Of a stretch of 64,000 bases of DNA, positions 52,671 to 64,000 are shown one piece after another. The position numbers and the translations under genes are program-made. The number at the start of each line of letters is the position of its first letter. Positions within the stretch are counted from its first letter, which is position 1. This DNA is from Blasia pusilla. Taxonomy: Eukaryota. Location of the stretch: positions 18,104,001-18,168,000 of the forward strand of contig CM114271.1 of NCBI GenBank assembly GCA_050084515.1, in the 5' to 3' direction. Under the pieces are notes generated by a model. It saw nothing but the letters and a program-made list of their open reading frames with translations, had not been told where the DNA came from and searched no databases.

Positions 52671-55600
52671 TATGGCCGAGCAAGCAGCGTCGACTTCGGA
52701 CTATGTCGTGGGTCTTCCACCCCTTGTAATGAGCTCGATGGCTATCGGGGACGGTAGAGGCATCGGTCAGCGAGGAGAGTAGTATTTTGCATCCTTGGAG
52801 TAAATGGGATGTAATGGCTGGGCATGTGGAGTTGGTTGCTCATGCTAGTGGAGGAGTTATTTGCTCAGATGATGGTGTAGCTAAGGGTGTACCATCTTGT
52901 GAGGGGGTTATGAGCGACCAATGGCATCGTCCTCTCCCTCTAGTGTGCCAGTGGAGGAGACTTGGGAGCCATTACTTGGGCCCAAGCTTACGGGAGGTGA
53001 GAAACGACGCTTGACACAATTCCTACGTGCTTATAGGATTTGTTTTGCCTTTAGCATGAAGGAGTTGGGTTCTCTGGTTGGACCCGGTATACGGATTGAT
53101 TTGGCTAGTGATACGCCAATCTTCCGTCGTCCCTACCGATATAGTGATATGGAGAGGGACTTGATTCAGAGTAGGACGTTGGACCTTTTGGAGGCTGGAT
53201 TAGTGGAGTTGTCTCATGGAGAGTATGCATCAGCCACTATCATGCCTGCTAAAAAGGATATGCATGGCAACTACACGGATAGGCGGATGTGTGGAGATTA
53301 CCATCCTATCAATCGGCAAACCAAGGCCGATAGGTATGCCATGCCTACACCTGAGGAGATCTTTGATGTGGTGAGACAGGCAAAGATTTTCAGTACTTTG
53401 GATCTTCGGGCAGGATACCATCAATTGCCGATTCGGGAGAGTGACAAGGCCAAGACAGCATTTTGGGGTGTCAACTCTCATGGCAAGGATTGTTTGTACC
53501 AATGCAAATTCTTACCCTTTGGGTTGAAGAATGCACCTTCCGAGTTTCAAAGAGTGATGGACAGGATCCTAGCAGGGTTGGATTTTGTTCGGTGTTACAT
53601 TGATGATATCTTGGTGTTCAGTAACACGGTGGAGGAGCATCAGATACATTTGCAGATGGTGTTTGAGCGGTTGAAAGCTCATGGTCTACGTTGCATCCGG
53701 AAAGTGTAAGTTCTTCCATGAGGATGTTGAGTACTTGGGTCATGTGATCTATCCAGGTGGTTTGGGAGTTCAGCAAGCAAAGGTGGAGGCTATTGCACTT
53801 ATTCCGCGTCCGGTAGATGTGAGTAGAGTTCGAGCATTCATGGGATTGGCGAACTACTATCGGAGGTATGTGAAGGATTTAGTGCTATGGCAAAGCCTTT
53901 GAACCAATTGCTGAATCAGATCAAGAGTGGCACTATGGTGAGATGATCGGGAGAGAGCTTTTGGGGAGCTTAAGGCCCAGTTGGTGGCGGCGCCTATCTT
54001 GAGGAGACCTATCGAGGGCGCCCATTTGATTACACGATTGGAGTAGGTTGGGACTTGGAGCGGTGTTGACACAACATGATGATGAGCACATGGAGTTTGT
54101 GGTGGCCTATGCAAGTCGTTCGAATAATGCAATGGAGTCGCGCTTTAGTTCATATGAGGGAGAGTACTTGGCAAGAGTGTGGGTGTGGGCACACTTTAGG
54201 TGTTACTTGTTTGGCACAATACGATTTACCCTTGTTACGATCACCGGCCGCTCAAGTGGTTGATGGAGTCGGACAAGCTTACAGGGAAGCTTGCACGGTG
54301 GGCTCTTATCTTACAGAGTATGACTTCGGGTGGTACATAGACCTGGAGTTGCCAACCTTGATCTTGATGGGTTGAGTAGGAACCCATGTACTAGCCAAGA
54401 GGATACAATCGGGGCTAGATGGCATGGCGAGGTTGATGAGGAGATGGTGCTAGGTTGGCATGCATCCGCCTTTTATGTTGGTTAGGTGGACTCTAGTATG
54501 GAGGACCACATGATATCTTACTCTAGTCGAGGGTAGATGGCCACCTTGAGATCCTAAGGTTGGAGATGGTGGTACGGATGAGCGTGATATTCATGATGAT
54601 GCGTTGGTGTTGGAGTTCCTACGGACCAAGAGGGTGCTAGGCATAGTGAGTGCCAAGGAGCGAGACCGTGTTCTTCAACGTGCTAAGAGGTATCGATTGG
54701 AGGGAACACATATTCTCCGCATGTGGGAGGATGGTAGAGTACGAGTAGTGCCACATTTGGCTCGAGAGAGCGATTGTGCGACATGCCCATGAGGAGTTGG
54801 GACATTTTGGGGTAAAGCGTGACGTATAGCTTACTCCGTGGCCACTATTGGTGGCGTGGCATGCATACTCAGGTGCAGCAGATTGGTGTCACGTTGTATG
54901 GTTTGTGACCGGGTGAGGGCATCATTTAATGCCCCTACACCACAATTACACCCCTTGCCTATTATGGGGTTGGGTTACCGTTGGAGTGTGGACTTTGCGG
55001 GGACCGTTATTGATTGGTATCGACATCATCGATATGTGTTGGTGATGGTGGAGCACTTCTCCAAGTGGATTGAGTTGGTGGCATTACGGACAAGGCAAGT
55101 GAGGAACGGCGATGCGTTTGGATAGAGTGCTTAGTCATTTTGGTGCACCACCGGTGAAGTGTCGACCAACCAGGGTCTGCAATTTCAGGGTGAGTTTCAC
55201 GTCTTGTGTGACAAGGCGTTGATTGATCATCGGACCACGTCTCGAGATCATCCAGAGGCGGATGGTTTGGTGAGCGTGTGGTTCAGACGGTGAAGAGGGC
55301 ATTGCGTAAGTATGGCCTCTGAAGGGGCATCTTGGAGATTGGGATATTCGTTGCCATGGTTAGCCATGGGGTATAGGTTCGCCGCCAAGCATCCTTGGCT
55401 TCCTTCTCACCTTATTTTTCATTATACGGCCGAGATCCAGACTTGCCAAAGAAGAATTGCGTCGGGAGTCTAGTGAGGTGGTGGACCTTGATGACCGAGA
55501 GATGTGGATGAGGGTGTGTTCTCGTAGGCGGAGCTCTTTTGGAGAGTTATGCCAATGACCTTTGAGAATCTTGCCATTGCTCAACACAGGGATACGTTGC

Positions 55601-55879
55601 GGTATGCAACCATTCGGGTGGAGGTTATCGACCAGCGATTCGTAGGTTCCATGTGGGGGACTATGTCTATTTGCAGCAGATTGCCCCGACAACGTTGGAT
55701 GTGACGGCAGCCGCACTATTTTACGAGTGCGTGAGGTGTTAGCTTTTGGAGTTCTCATGTTGGAGGGTCGTGATGGAGTTGTTTGGAAGGACCATGTGCG
55801 TAATTATGCGCCATGTCATCTTCCAAATATGGATGGTATTATTGACCCAAGCTTAGCCATGATACGTGCTAGCTTGAGG

Positions 55880-56019
55880 TGCATGTTGTGTGGGTCTGCT
55901 GTAACGTAGCCCGTATGTTGGTGTGTGATCGGTGTTCTAGGGTTGGCACATGATGTGTTTGACTCCACGTTTGGATGTTGTTCCTACTTTGGAAGGTGGG
56001 TTTGTCTCGATGTACTTAG
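55880..56019 (+). CDS. PHD finger at the integrase C-terminus (frameshifted)
   Basis: CMLCGS...MLVCDRCSR(G)WHMMCLTPRLDVVP..RWVC.RCT* = C4HC3 with typical PHD residues. Confidence 0.85.
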
Positions 56020-56384
56020 GAGAGGTAGATGACTTGATCTTTGCATGATATGGATTACGGATGTGCGATTAACGATGGGGCAACCTAGCATCGGGCACCA
56101 AGAAGGTGTATAACATGTAGTAGATTACACGGGAGTTAGGGACCCAAGAAGGTGTATAGCATGTAGTAGATGTGTATAGGGCTATGGTAATGGGAGTTAG
56201 AGGGACCTAACCAGTTGTCATGATTACGGGGGGATCTTTGCATGATATGGATTACACTTGCGTTTGTGGATACTCTTCGATTCGGGCACCCAAGAATGTT
56301 ATGTAGGGCTGTATGTGAGTATGGTATGTCGTCTATGTTATGTTGTATGACGTATGGGATTCGATGTATGTTGTATGACAAATT

Positions 56385-56851
56385 TGTCATGACCATACGG
56401 ATTATGTCGAGAGTATAGTCTTTGGTAGAGGCCATTCCTTATGTAGGACCGTAGTGGCTTGGTAGAGATGCGGTTCCATACATAGGGTTGGGGTTACTCA
56501 CTTGGGGGTGACTTTCCCAATAGGGCCCGCTCTTAGGTTGGAGGATATAAGGTGGCTTGCCCTCAAAGAACATTCTTTGAGTTGAGCCTGCTATGCGTTG
56601 GGAGTTAGCCTTGGTAGTGAGTAGAGATCTTGGCTATGGTGTTTCCCGCAAGCTTCGACCTAGATTCTCCCATCGTGGAGTGGGTTTGGCTCGATTGTAT
56701 GTGATTGTAAACGTGTTTAATGATGAGAGGTCTTTCACGGATTTCGTTGTGGTACACTTGCGTTTGTGGATACTCTCGTCTATGTTATGTATGTATGTGA
56801 GTATGGTATGTCAGCGATGTATGTTGTATGACGATGGGGATTCGCACGACA
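56385..56851 (+). repeat. 3' LTR (467 bp) of the DNMT-Gypsy
   Basis: TGTCATGAC...GCACGACA; matches 47017-47380 and the solo LTR at 31966-32438. Confidence 0.93.
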
Positions 56852-57383
56852 AAGAATGCGTTGGTATGGATGCTTTTGTTGATTTGAGAGAAGAAGATCT
56901 CATTCATACTAAATCTCAACCGTCATTTATTCACATTCTATCCGATGAGGGTGAGAAATTTATGGATGAATTGAGCAATCCACCTATTCATCCATCTATA
57001 GATACACCATTATGTGAACCAAAAGATATATCTCGAACTCACACATCCAATGTGAATTCAAGTGAAGCTCTACCTACCGAACAAAGTCCAAGAAGCAAAG
57101 CATGTTCTCGACCGGGTATTACAGGACAACCAAACAGAAAAAGATAGTCGAGAGATACCAGTGATAACATTACACAATCAATAAATGGCTTTATTCAAGT
57201 TTTGAAGGAGATAAGTGAGAAGAAAGCTCAAAAAGAAGATAAAAATTGGAGCTCATGTCTCAATTGTTTGAACTTCGTTGTATGGAGTTCCAGTTGAAGA
57301 GAGAAAATCAAGCAGGAAAATCATAAAAAACAAATACTTCTGAAAAAGAAGTATGTATGATCTACCTTAAGCTCTATCGTCGC

Positions 57384-58648
57384 TCAAGTAAGCATGTGTG
57401 TCATAAAATCTTTAAACAGTGTTGCTCGCATAAGTTCATCCGCGATTGTTCTTCTCCCCTCAACTGTACTTTTAGGTTGTGATAGGATAATCCCACCATT
57501 CATCCTATCATCCACTGGATTGATGTCTTGCGGTAAGGGCTCTGTATGTAGGATAACAAAATTATGGAGGACTCCGCATGCAAGCGTTATTTGAGAAACC
57601 ATTTCTAGAGAGATTGGGCAATCGCGTAGAATTGTCCGGCTTCCTTTCAAATGACCAAAAGCATTTTCTATTGTCACTCTTGCCTTTGATGTATGTCTAT
57701 CAAATATATTTTCCAATGGATTGCCTTGATGTAGGTGTCGATGGAAACGCTTCAATAGCCATGGTTGTAGGGGATAGGCGGTATTCTCAAGTATTATGGG
57801 CGGAATGCCTTGAAGTTCTCCGTGATCAAGCGACAATGTAAGTTCTGGTTGAGAAAGGAAACGTTTCTCTTCAATGCATTGAAACAATGTAGATTGCCTT
57901 AAATATGCAGCATCATGAGTGGATCCAGACTTGGTACAACATAAGTCCCAAAACTTCAGATGGGCATCACATATACCTTGGAGAAGCACCGAATAATCAG
58001 AGTGACAATTCCCATAGTGCTATGGGAAATATTTCACAGCAGGTTTGAATTTAAGTTTTATGTGAGACCCATCTATGGCACCTATGATTTGTGAACCTCC
58101 ACAAATACGCTTATATTTGCGCATTTGTTCAATCATTTCATCAATTGTTGGCCATCTATCATATTTGGCATACAATTTATGTCTACTCAATAGAATGTCA
58201 ATGATAATGGATGTGTATTTGACAATTGTCGATTGTCCAATTCCGTATAAGTCACTCAAGATTCAAATTGGTGGATTGTGAGCAAATCAGTAGATAACGC
58301 AACACACTTTGCCATCTTAACTATTTTTCTTGCTCTCTCCCACGATGACACAAGTGACATGAATGGTTCAATCACATCTACTAGCTTCTGGAAATTTTCA
58401 AAATACATTCTATGTCGACTTCTCATGTGAGTGTAAAGAAAATCGTTATTATAAGTCCAAACCTCTTTATGAATGATCTCCCACCAAGTGAATTGTCTTG
58501 GTATTACCCAAAATTCTTTTCCTCCATTTGATTGATTTCGATGCCACTCTGCGATCATGAAATAGAACATGAATAAACTTTGAATATTGACTTCGTCATC
58601 TTCCGTGGTCCGCATCATAAAAGTAACGAGCTCGATTTCACTAAACAT
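57384..58648 (-). pseudogene. Harbinger DDE transposase (HARBI1/DDE_Tnp_4-like), inactivated
   Basis: SDLYGIGQSTI HTH, IIGAIDGSHI, LLQGICDAHLKFWD...GSTHDA, ILENTAYPL (canonical GDxAYPL, second Asp lost), RVTIENAFGHLKG, ACGVLHNF; stop at ~58020 and frameshift at ~58258. Confidence 0.9.
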
Positions 58649-59338
58649 TACACCTTCAAGAAATCATGTCCAAATTAGTAAAAAATATCCATAATAATCG
58701 CTAGAATAGTGCCAATGAAAATCTCCTTTTTTTTCACAACCTAGAATATATATGCCTTCCTTGTTGTTCCAAATAAGATCATTAAATAATGTGCTGTGTG
58801 TAAATGCTCTCCCTAATTTGATCTCTTTGAAATGCTCTCTATTTTGCTTTGTAGATCCGTATTGCTTTATACCTAAACCTGTGAGTTGCCAACCCGTAAA
58901 AAAAAGTACTAAATAAGATCAAACGGAGCCGCACACGTTTGTTGCTGCGGAGCCATAGAAGGGTGGCTCCATGTGACCCGCCCTTCTCTTTAGTTCTATA
59001 TTGTTATCTATGCCGTGTTAGAATTTTTAAAATCTTGATAAAAAATGCAAAAATCTAGGTCACAAATACCAATATTTTTGGCGATATTAGGGCATACTTG
59101 TTTCTATGCACTAAATAATAAATTAAAGAAATATAATTCAAATAAGTATATGGAAAACATTCTTAAATTAAAAACACGTCATATGTTTATCCGAATGAGT
59201 CACCGAGACGGTAGTCACGGTACCCAGCGGAGATAATGTCAAGCACCGAGTCAGACGCTCGTGGTCACACAGTTGGACTAGAGTAGCCTCCTGGACGTCT
59301 ACGCGGAGCGCGACGTCGCGAATGCATAGACCGGTACT

Positions 59339-59390
59339 ATCTTGGAGATCCGGTCGCGACCGTGCAGTGTCGCGACCGGATCTCCAAGAT
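59339..59390. repeat. Perfect 22-bp inverted repeat with 8-nt spacer
   Basis: ATCTTGGAGATCCGGTCGCGAC-cgtgcagt-GTCGCGACCGGATCTCCAAGAT. Confidence 0.95.
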
Positions 59391-60132
59391 TCCCCATCCC
59401 TGATTGGCTGGAGCCCCAAGTGCCGCAACAGACCTACGCGACATTCCGAGTGTCGTTTTCCTTGTTCGGACTCGCGTCGGCTTATTCGCCAGACGGTTTA
59501 AATTGTTCTTACCACTAACCACTACATTGCTACAGTGAGAAAGAAAAAGAAATAAATGAAGGCACTGTTCGATGGTGTTTCTTTCTCTTTATACTTAGGG
59601 TTAGGGTTTGCGAGCCCTGGCACTGGGCACCCACGCACGACATGCATTTCCAAGGAAGAACAAAACGCCTTGTCGTGCTGCGGTCGCGCTTGCTGGAACG
59701 ATCGGAGACAGATTCATCCGCAATCCATGGGATCCGTTTTCCAGTGGCGATTTGCGGAGACTTCTGGAATACAGTGAATCAGGGATTGAGGAATTCGATG
59801 TGAGCCGCTTTTGGCGACTACGGAGACTGGAGTCGCCGACCGGAAGTGGTGGAAGAGGCGGAGGAGGTTGTTGTGATGGGAAGAGGAAGTTGGGATATGG
59901 GGATCAGAATGAAAATTGTGTGGGATGGGTAGGTGCGCGGATCGCAGCAGTGTTGATAATGTGTCCATGGAACTGGAATGAATGATGCATATGCGGGAGA
60001 TCGGGAAAGCGGACGATTGAAACAGGCGGGAGGATTTGATGCTTAGAGAGAAGGAGTGGGCTTTATGATTTGGAGGACTGGACTGTAGGTAGGGAGTATT
60101 GATATTGAGCGTCGATGATCGGGAGGGAAAGC

Positions 60133-63100
60133 ATGGAGCTGGGGCAGCAGCAGCAGCAGGCGATCACGCAGTGGCGAGCTAACATGAGGGCAATGAAGGA
60201 GAAAGTGAGAGAAAGACTGAGAGTGACCCGTTTTCCTCAACGCTTTCTGCGGCAATCGCAGAGACATCCTGGTGTCGGATGGCGGGCCACCGCCACTGGT
60301 TTAGTAGTCGCGCGGGTGTTTCAGGGAAACATAGTGTTCGCACGCGTCGCTAGGAGCATGGCGATCGAAGAATGGCAGAAGAGGATGGGTAGACTTGGGG
60401 ATTTGCTTCCAAGGTTTCGGATTTTTGCGGCGTCAGTGGCTGCAGGATCTGTTGGTCTCTCTGAACCTGCCCTAGCAGACGGGCTTGCTTTGCCTTCTGT
60501 ATCGCATCGTCCAGGATCAACGATCGAGACACGTTTTGGCGACTACGAGGTTTCACTTTCCTTATATGGACAGAATCCTGCATATCAAGGTTTGTACCCA
60601 TGTCACAGAATCATGGGGATCGGTTTCTTCCGGGCTGTTTCTAGTTACTCGAGCTCCCCTCTGTCCTGCGCTGAGACCTGAATGGTTCGTTGTTGATCTA
60701 GGGATGAGGCGTTTTGTGATTGGAGGTCGGTGGTTCACCGAGGGTGAATGACGAGACTGGTCAGGTAGTGTTTATCAAATTGATTGCTCATGCGATCTTG
60801 TCCGGTTTCTGTACAGCGTCAATTCTAGCGCCTGGGGTCAAAAGTGAAGTGACGGAAGACTCTCGACTTTTAACATTGATGCAGGCAGTTGCTATACCCC
60901 TTATAGCCAATGCGTGTCATGTTTTTATGCATGGCCTCAACTACACGGAGGTACTTTCTAGTTGCTTGTTCATGCCTTCGGCTAGTTGTTCAGAATTGGT
61001 GTTTTTCACTTCCCCTTAGAAGGCGTTCTGTGTTAATTTTTTAACCTGCCAAAGGGTACTTGCAGATCTATGGTGCTGAGAAAATGCAGAATGCAGTATT
61101 CAACCGGGCACCTGGTCAGCCTTTGATATCTGTGAGTTCGTGGATGGTTTCAGCGCAGTAATCTTGTGGGAACAAAGTTTTTACAATATCTGATCCTCCA
61201 TTTCAATCTCAATGAACATACGTTGTCGGGGTATGGCGATATCTGGTTGAAAGTAGGCTACTGGATTGTGCAGGTCAGCAACCATGCAGCTGCGGTAGAC
61301 GATCCATTCGTGATCTCCTCCGTTCTATCGCCCCACAAGCTGTTGAACTCAAAGAACCTTAGATGGACTTTATGTGCTTCGGATCGATGCTTCACTAATG
61401 CAGCCACTTCTGCATTTTTCCGTAGTGTTAAAGTGCTTCCACTGACGAAGGGACATGGAGTTTTTCAAGAGGTACTCATCTCTCTCAGTTCAAACTTCAG
61501 TGTTGTGAATTGCTTGTGGGTTGTGACTTTCTAGAGACGTATGAAACCTTACCCAGTTTAAGATTTCGTCGAGTAGGTTTGAAAGGTCGACACTATGGCC
61601 TCTCTATTTTCTGACTACAGGTATTTACCTTGGTGTTCGTGTGATTCCTGTTTGCACGTCACTATGGCAGCAGTCCGTAGAATGTGCCATCTTTTCACAT
61701 CATTAGTATAACACTCTCATCCTTGATGGGATTAAGAATCTTCATTTGTGTTTAGCTAACTTGAACCTGCTCCAGGGGATGGAGGTAGCTCTGTCTAAAC
61801 TGAAGCGTGGTGATTGGGTTCACATCTTTCCTGAAGGCAGCCGCTCACGGGATGGAAATCTTGGGCTGTTCAAGAGGGGAGTGGGCAGGTATGACTGGTT
61901 TTTTCTTGGTACTTCTGAGCTGACACTTTTATGATTGAGGCAAAAGACAGAAAGGACTAGTGCCAAGATGTGGAATTGTTTTGGGGAGGTGGCAGATGAA
62001 AATAAAACATTTTCTCATTGCACTAAATTAGATGGCCTTTTGAAGTTGTTGAGTGGAATGGCTCGGTATTTAAAGAATGAAGAGCAGACTGCACAGTTTT
62101 TGAACATTGTGTTCAGGTTTTAATTCTAATTTCTCTTCTGTGCTTATTGCAGACTTGTGTTAGATTCTGAAAAGCTACCTCTGATAATTCCCTTTATACA
62201 CACAGGCATGCAAGACATTATGCCTATTGGGCAGAAGCTTCCGGGTATATACAAAAGGGTAAGAACAGAGGATACTAGCTATCACTTGGTCTCAGGGCCT
62301 TGCATGAGGTTACTTAGCAGATGGCCAACATTATGGTTTGTCACTGGCAATTCCAAACTGCACATCTAAGAACTTGGACTCAGTCAGGAGTTGGTCTATT
62401 GCATGCATTTAAAGGATATAATCCACTGCAATGAAAGACCAAGGTTTTATGGATTTAATCTGGTGTGTAAGTGGACAGGTAGTATTGTCTTAACATTAGT
62501 CTTTTTCGACCGCTTCCGCTTTTAGAAGAGAAAAGGTATAGGGCAAATTTTAAACAATGTGCGTATATGCTAACAATAAAATTCCTTCATGGTTCGCCAC
62601 AGGTCACTGTGGTAGTTGGAGATCCAATATACATGGATGATCTGGTGAAAAAGCACACCGAGGAGGGTCTGTCTAAGGCCATCTTATATGATGCAATTGC
62701 ACTCCGCATTGAGGAGACTATGTGGAGAATGAAGAAAGAACTCGAAGAGCTTGTAGTCCTCAATCAAACCCGGGAGAGTAATGCTGCAGTTGGTGGAGTG
62801 CGTAAGATTGGCAAGGTCGGTGGCATCTGGCAGTATGTGGATTGGGACACCCAAGGCATTTTAGCCAATGAGCTTGATTCAAGCGACTCTCCAACTTCTG
62901 CTGACAACAAGGAGACGGTTGCTGAAACTTCACTCGGTCTGCAGAGAGTCGATGGATTTTCTAATTTTGATAGTCTGGAAACTCCTGAATCAAACTGTAA
63001 GCACTATCCTGATAATGAGACGGAGCTCTGCTTAACAGACATGTATCATGGTGCTATTAAAAGAATACAAGGCCACATAGACCCATCCATGTGGATGGGT

Positions 63101-63217
63101 TTTGCTGCCAGGAGTTTTTTGAAATATGGAACAAAGGTAGAGAATGTCCAGGACTGTCTAGGGGGAAGATATTGGAGAAGAGTAGAGTCAGCTCTAGAAA
63201 GGCTCTTGTACAGTTGA
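60133..63217 (+). CDS. TAZ: Tafazzin-like phospholipid/glycerol acyltransferase, 7 exons
   Basis: Exons approx. 60133-60589, 60818-60950, 61066-61131, 61274-61471, 61776-61888, 62153-62258, 62602-63217. Motifs VSNHAAAVDDP (HX4D), RWTLCASDRCF, WVHIFPEGSRSRDG, PFIHTGMQDIMPIG, VTVVVGDPI. Confidence 0.9.
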
Positions 63218-64000
63218 GGGCTTAAAGAGGACCATGGAATCTGATGTGGAGCAATTTTTACGAGGTCGTGTTGAGGCTATAGAGGATAGAGTATTCCCTC
63301 ATTCTACGTCAAGGGAATCGTTCGTCTAAGGGTTTAGAAACCATGTTAGAGTTCCTTGTGCTATGTGATCATACATGCATGAGACCCCTAGGTGCCTTTC
63401 TAGTTGAGCAACCTCAATTGTGAATATAGGGATAGAAATGTAGCTCTGCTGTCTGTCTGCTACTGAGGGTGAGAGTTTTGATGGAGTTAGGATGTGAAGA
63501 TTAAGTTAGATGCGCTTTGAGCACTTGGAATGTTATCATGAGAGTTGCCAATTGTCAAATGGTGTGGGGCTTGTGTGGACTTCTTCATGAAGGATGGTGA
63601 AGTTGCCCTGTTGCTGTATTTCCTCAACATCAGTCCATCCTATTTCTGTTTTGTTTGGGAGGGTCCTGTTTTAACCATAACCAGACCTTTAGCTGGATTC
63701 CCAACTCCCTCATTGTGAAAGAATTTCAGACCGTGATTTGATTGTCTTGACGACATTTGTTATCCCTTGTACGGTTGAAAAAGCAGGTGGAATGTCACCT
63801 CTACAAACAATTTCAGATAAAATGATTTAAAAAATCTGTGTCTTAGACCAGAAAGTCTATTATTACTGGGGTGGCCATGGTAAGGGTTAGTTCCACATGA
63901 TTAGGAGCTTTTTTCGCAGATGAAAAATGCATCGGTTTTCCATTGTCAAACTCATCTTTGGATAGTTTGCACTTTCCACCATGACAAGCATCTTGTTGCA

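Larger units (their letters stand above)
47017..56851 (+). mobile_element. Ty3/gypsy LTR retrotransposon encoding gag-PR-C5 DNA methyltransferase-RT-RNase H-integrase-PHD
   Basis: LTRs 47017-~47380 (3'-truncated) and 56385-56851. Perfect 4-bp TSD AAGA (47013-47016 / 56852-56855). gag ~49035-50300 with two Zn knuckles, protease VLLDSGAQPL (~51001), RT RMCGDYHPIN...CYIDDILVFS (52921-53709), RNase H VVAYASRSNN, integrase RWSVDFAG...HPEADGL. Confidence 0.93.
46666..57326 (+). pseudogene. Harbinger Myb/SANT (MADF/trihelix-like) DNA-binding protein, split by the LTR insertion at 47017-56851
   Basis: KPEVEWSKEKERIFLDLYEE...QWRLLAIHMNE...QMLRKKLDGLVKKYKSEK...TGTAPSELEYY. Removing the insertion plus one AAGA gives in-frame ...DTNIQECVGMDAF...; coiled-coil-like C-terminus; several stops. 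Confidence 0.8.
45970..58985. mobile_element. PIF/Harbinger DNA transposon (Myb/SANT-like gene + DDE transposase, convergent), interrupted by an LTR element; termini approximate
   Basis: Both hallmark Harbinger ORFs are present. AAACGGAGC(C) motif at 46001, 46044-46053 (inverted) and 58921. A matching TIR pair was not identified. Confidence 0.75.

Noticed and set aside
51440-52782. Host DNMT/DRM gene or bacterial restriction-modification contamination
   Set aside because: Intronless, same strand and collinear between retroviral protease and RT, inside LTRs with a TSD; no restriction enzyme gene and the flanks are spliced plant genes
56040-56384. Short repeated units resembling an array
   Set aside because: Irregular pieces of LTR/3'-UTR sequence without constant repeat-spacer periodicity; not CRISPR; possibly an assembly artefact
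56593-57147. 184-aa ORF spanning the LTR end
   Set aside because: Chance in-frame fusion of LTR sequence to the downstream half of the Harbinger Myb ORF; its similarity to 47188-47601 and 31986-32234 only reflects LTR identity

Overview
Eukaryotic land-plant DNA; the short-intron genes and heavily C->T/G->A-decayed TEs suggest a bryophyte (inference). Host genes flank a ~48-kb nested transposon island. Left: a multi-exon LRR gene (LRRC40/PIRL-like, running off the window) and a P-class PPR gene, both on the minus strand. Right: a 7-exon tafazzin-like acyltransferase on the plus strand. The island holds a Ty1/copia element fused by deletion to a nested Ty3/gypsy, several nested Gypsy elements and solo LTRs (many with visible TSDs), a (CA)81 microsatellite and a two-gene PIF/Harbinger transposon. 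Two things stand out. (1) A young-looking Gypsy element (47017-56851) encodes a DNMT3-like C5 cytosine methyltransferase between protease and RT, plus a PHD finger after integrase. (2) An unknown ~141-aa, internally duplicated ORF, preceded by a conserved RNA hairpin, sits inside the LTR of one Gypsy family (at least 6 copies) and in the post-PBS leader of an unrelated chromovirus, with clear protein-level conservation. All calls come from reading the sequence by eye; no database searches were run.
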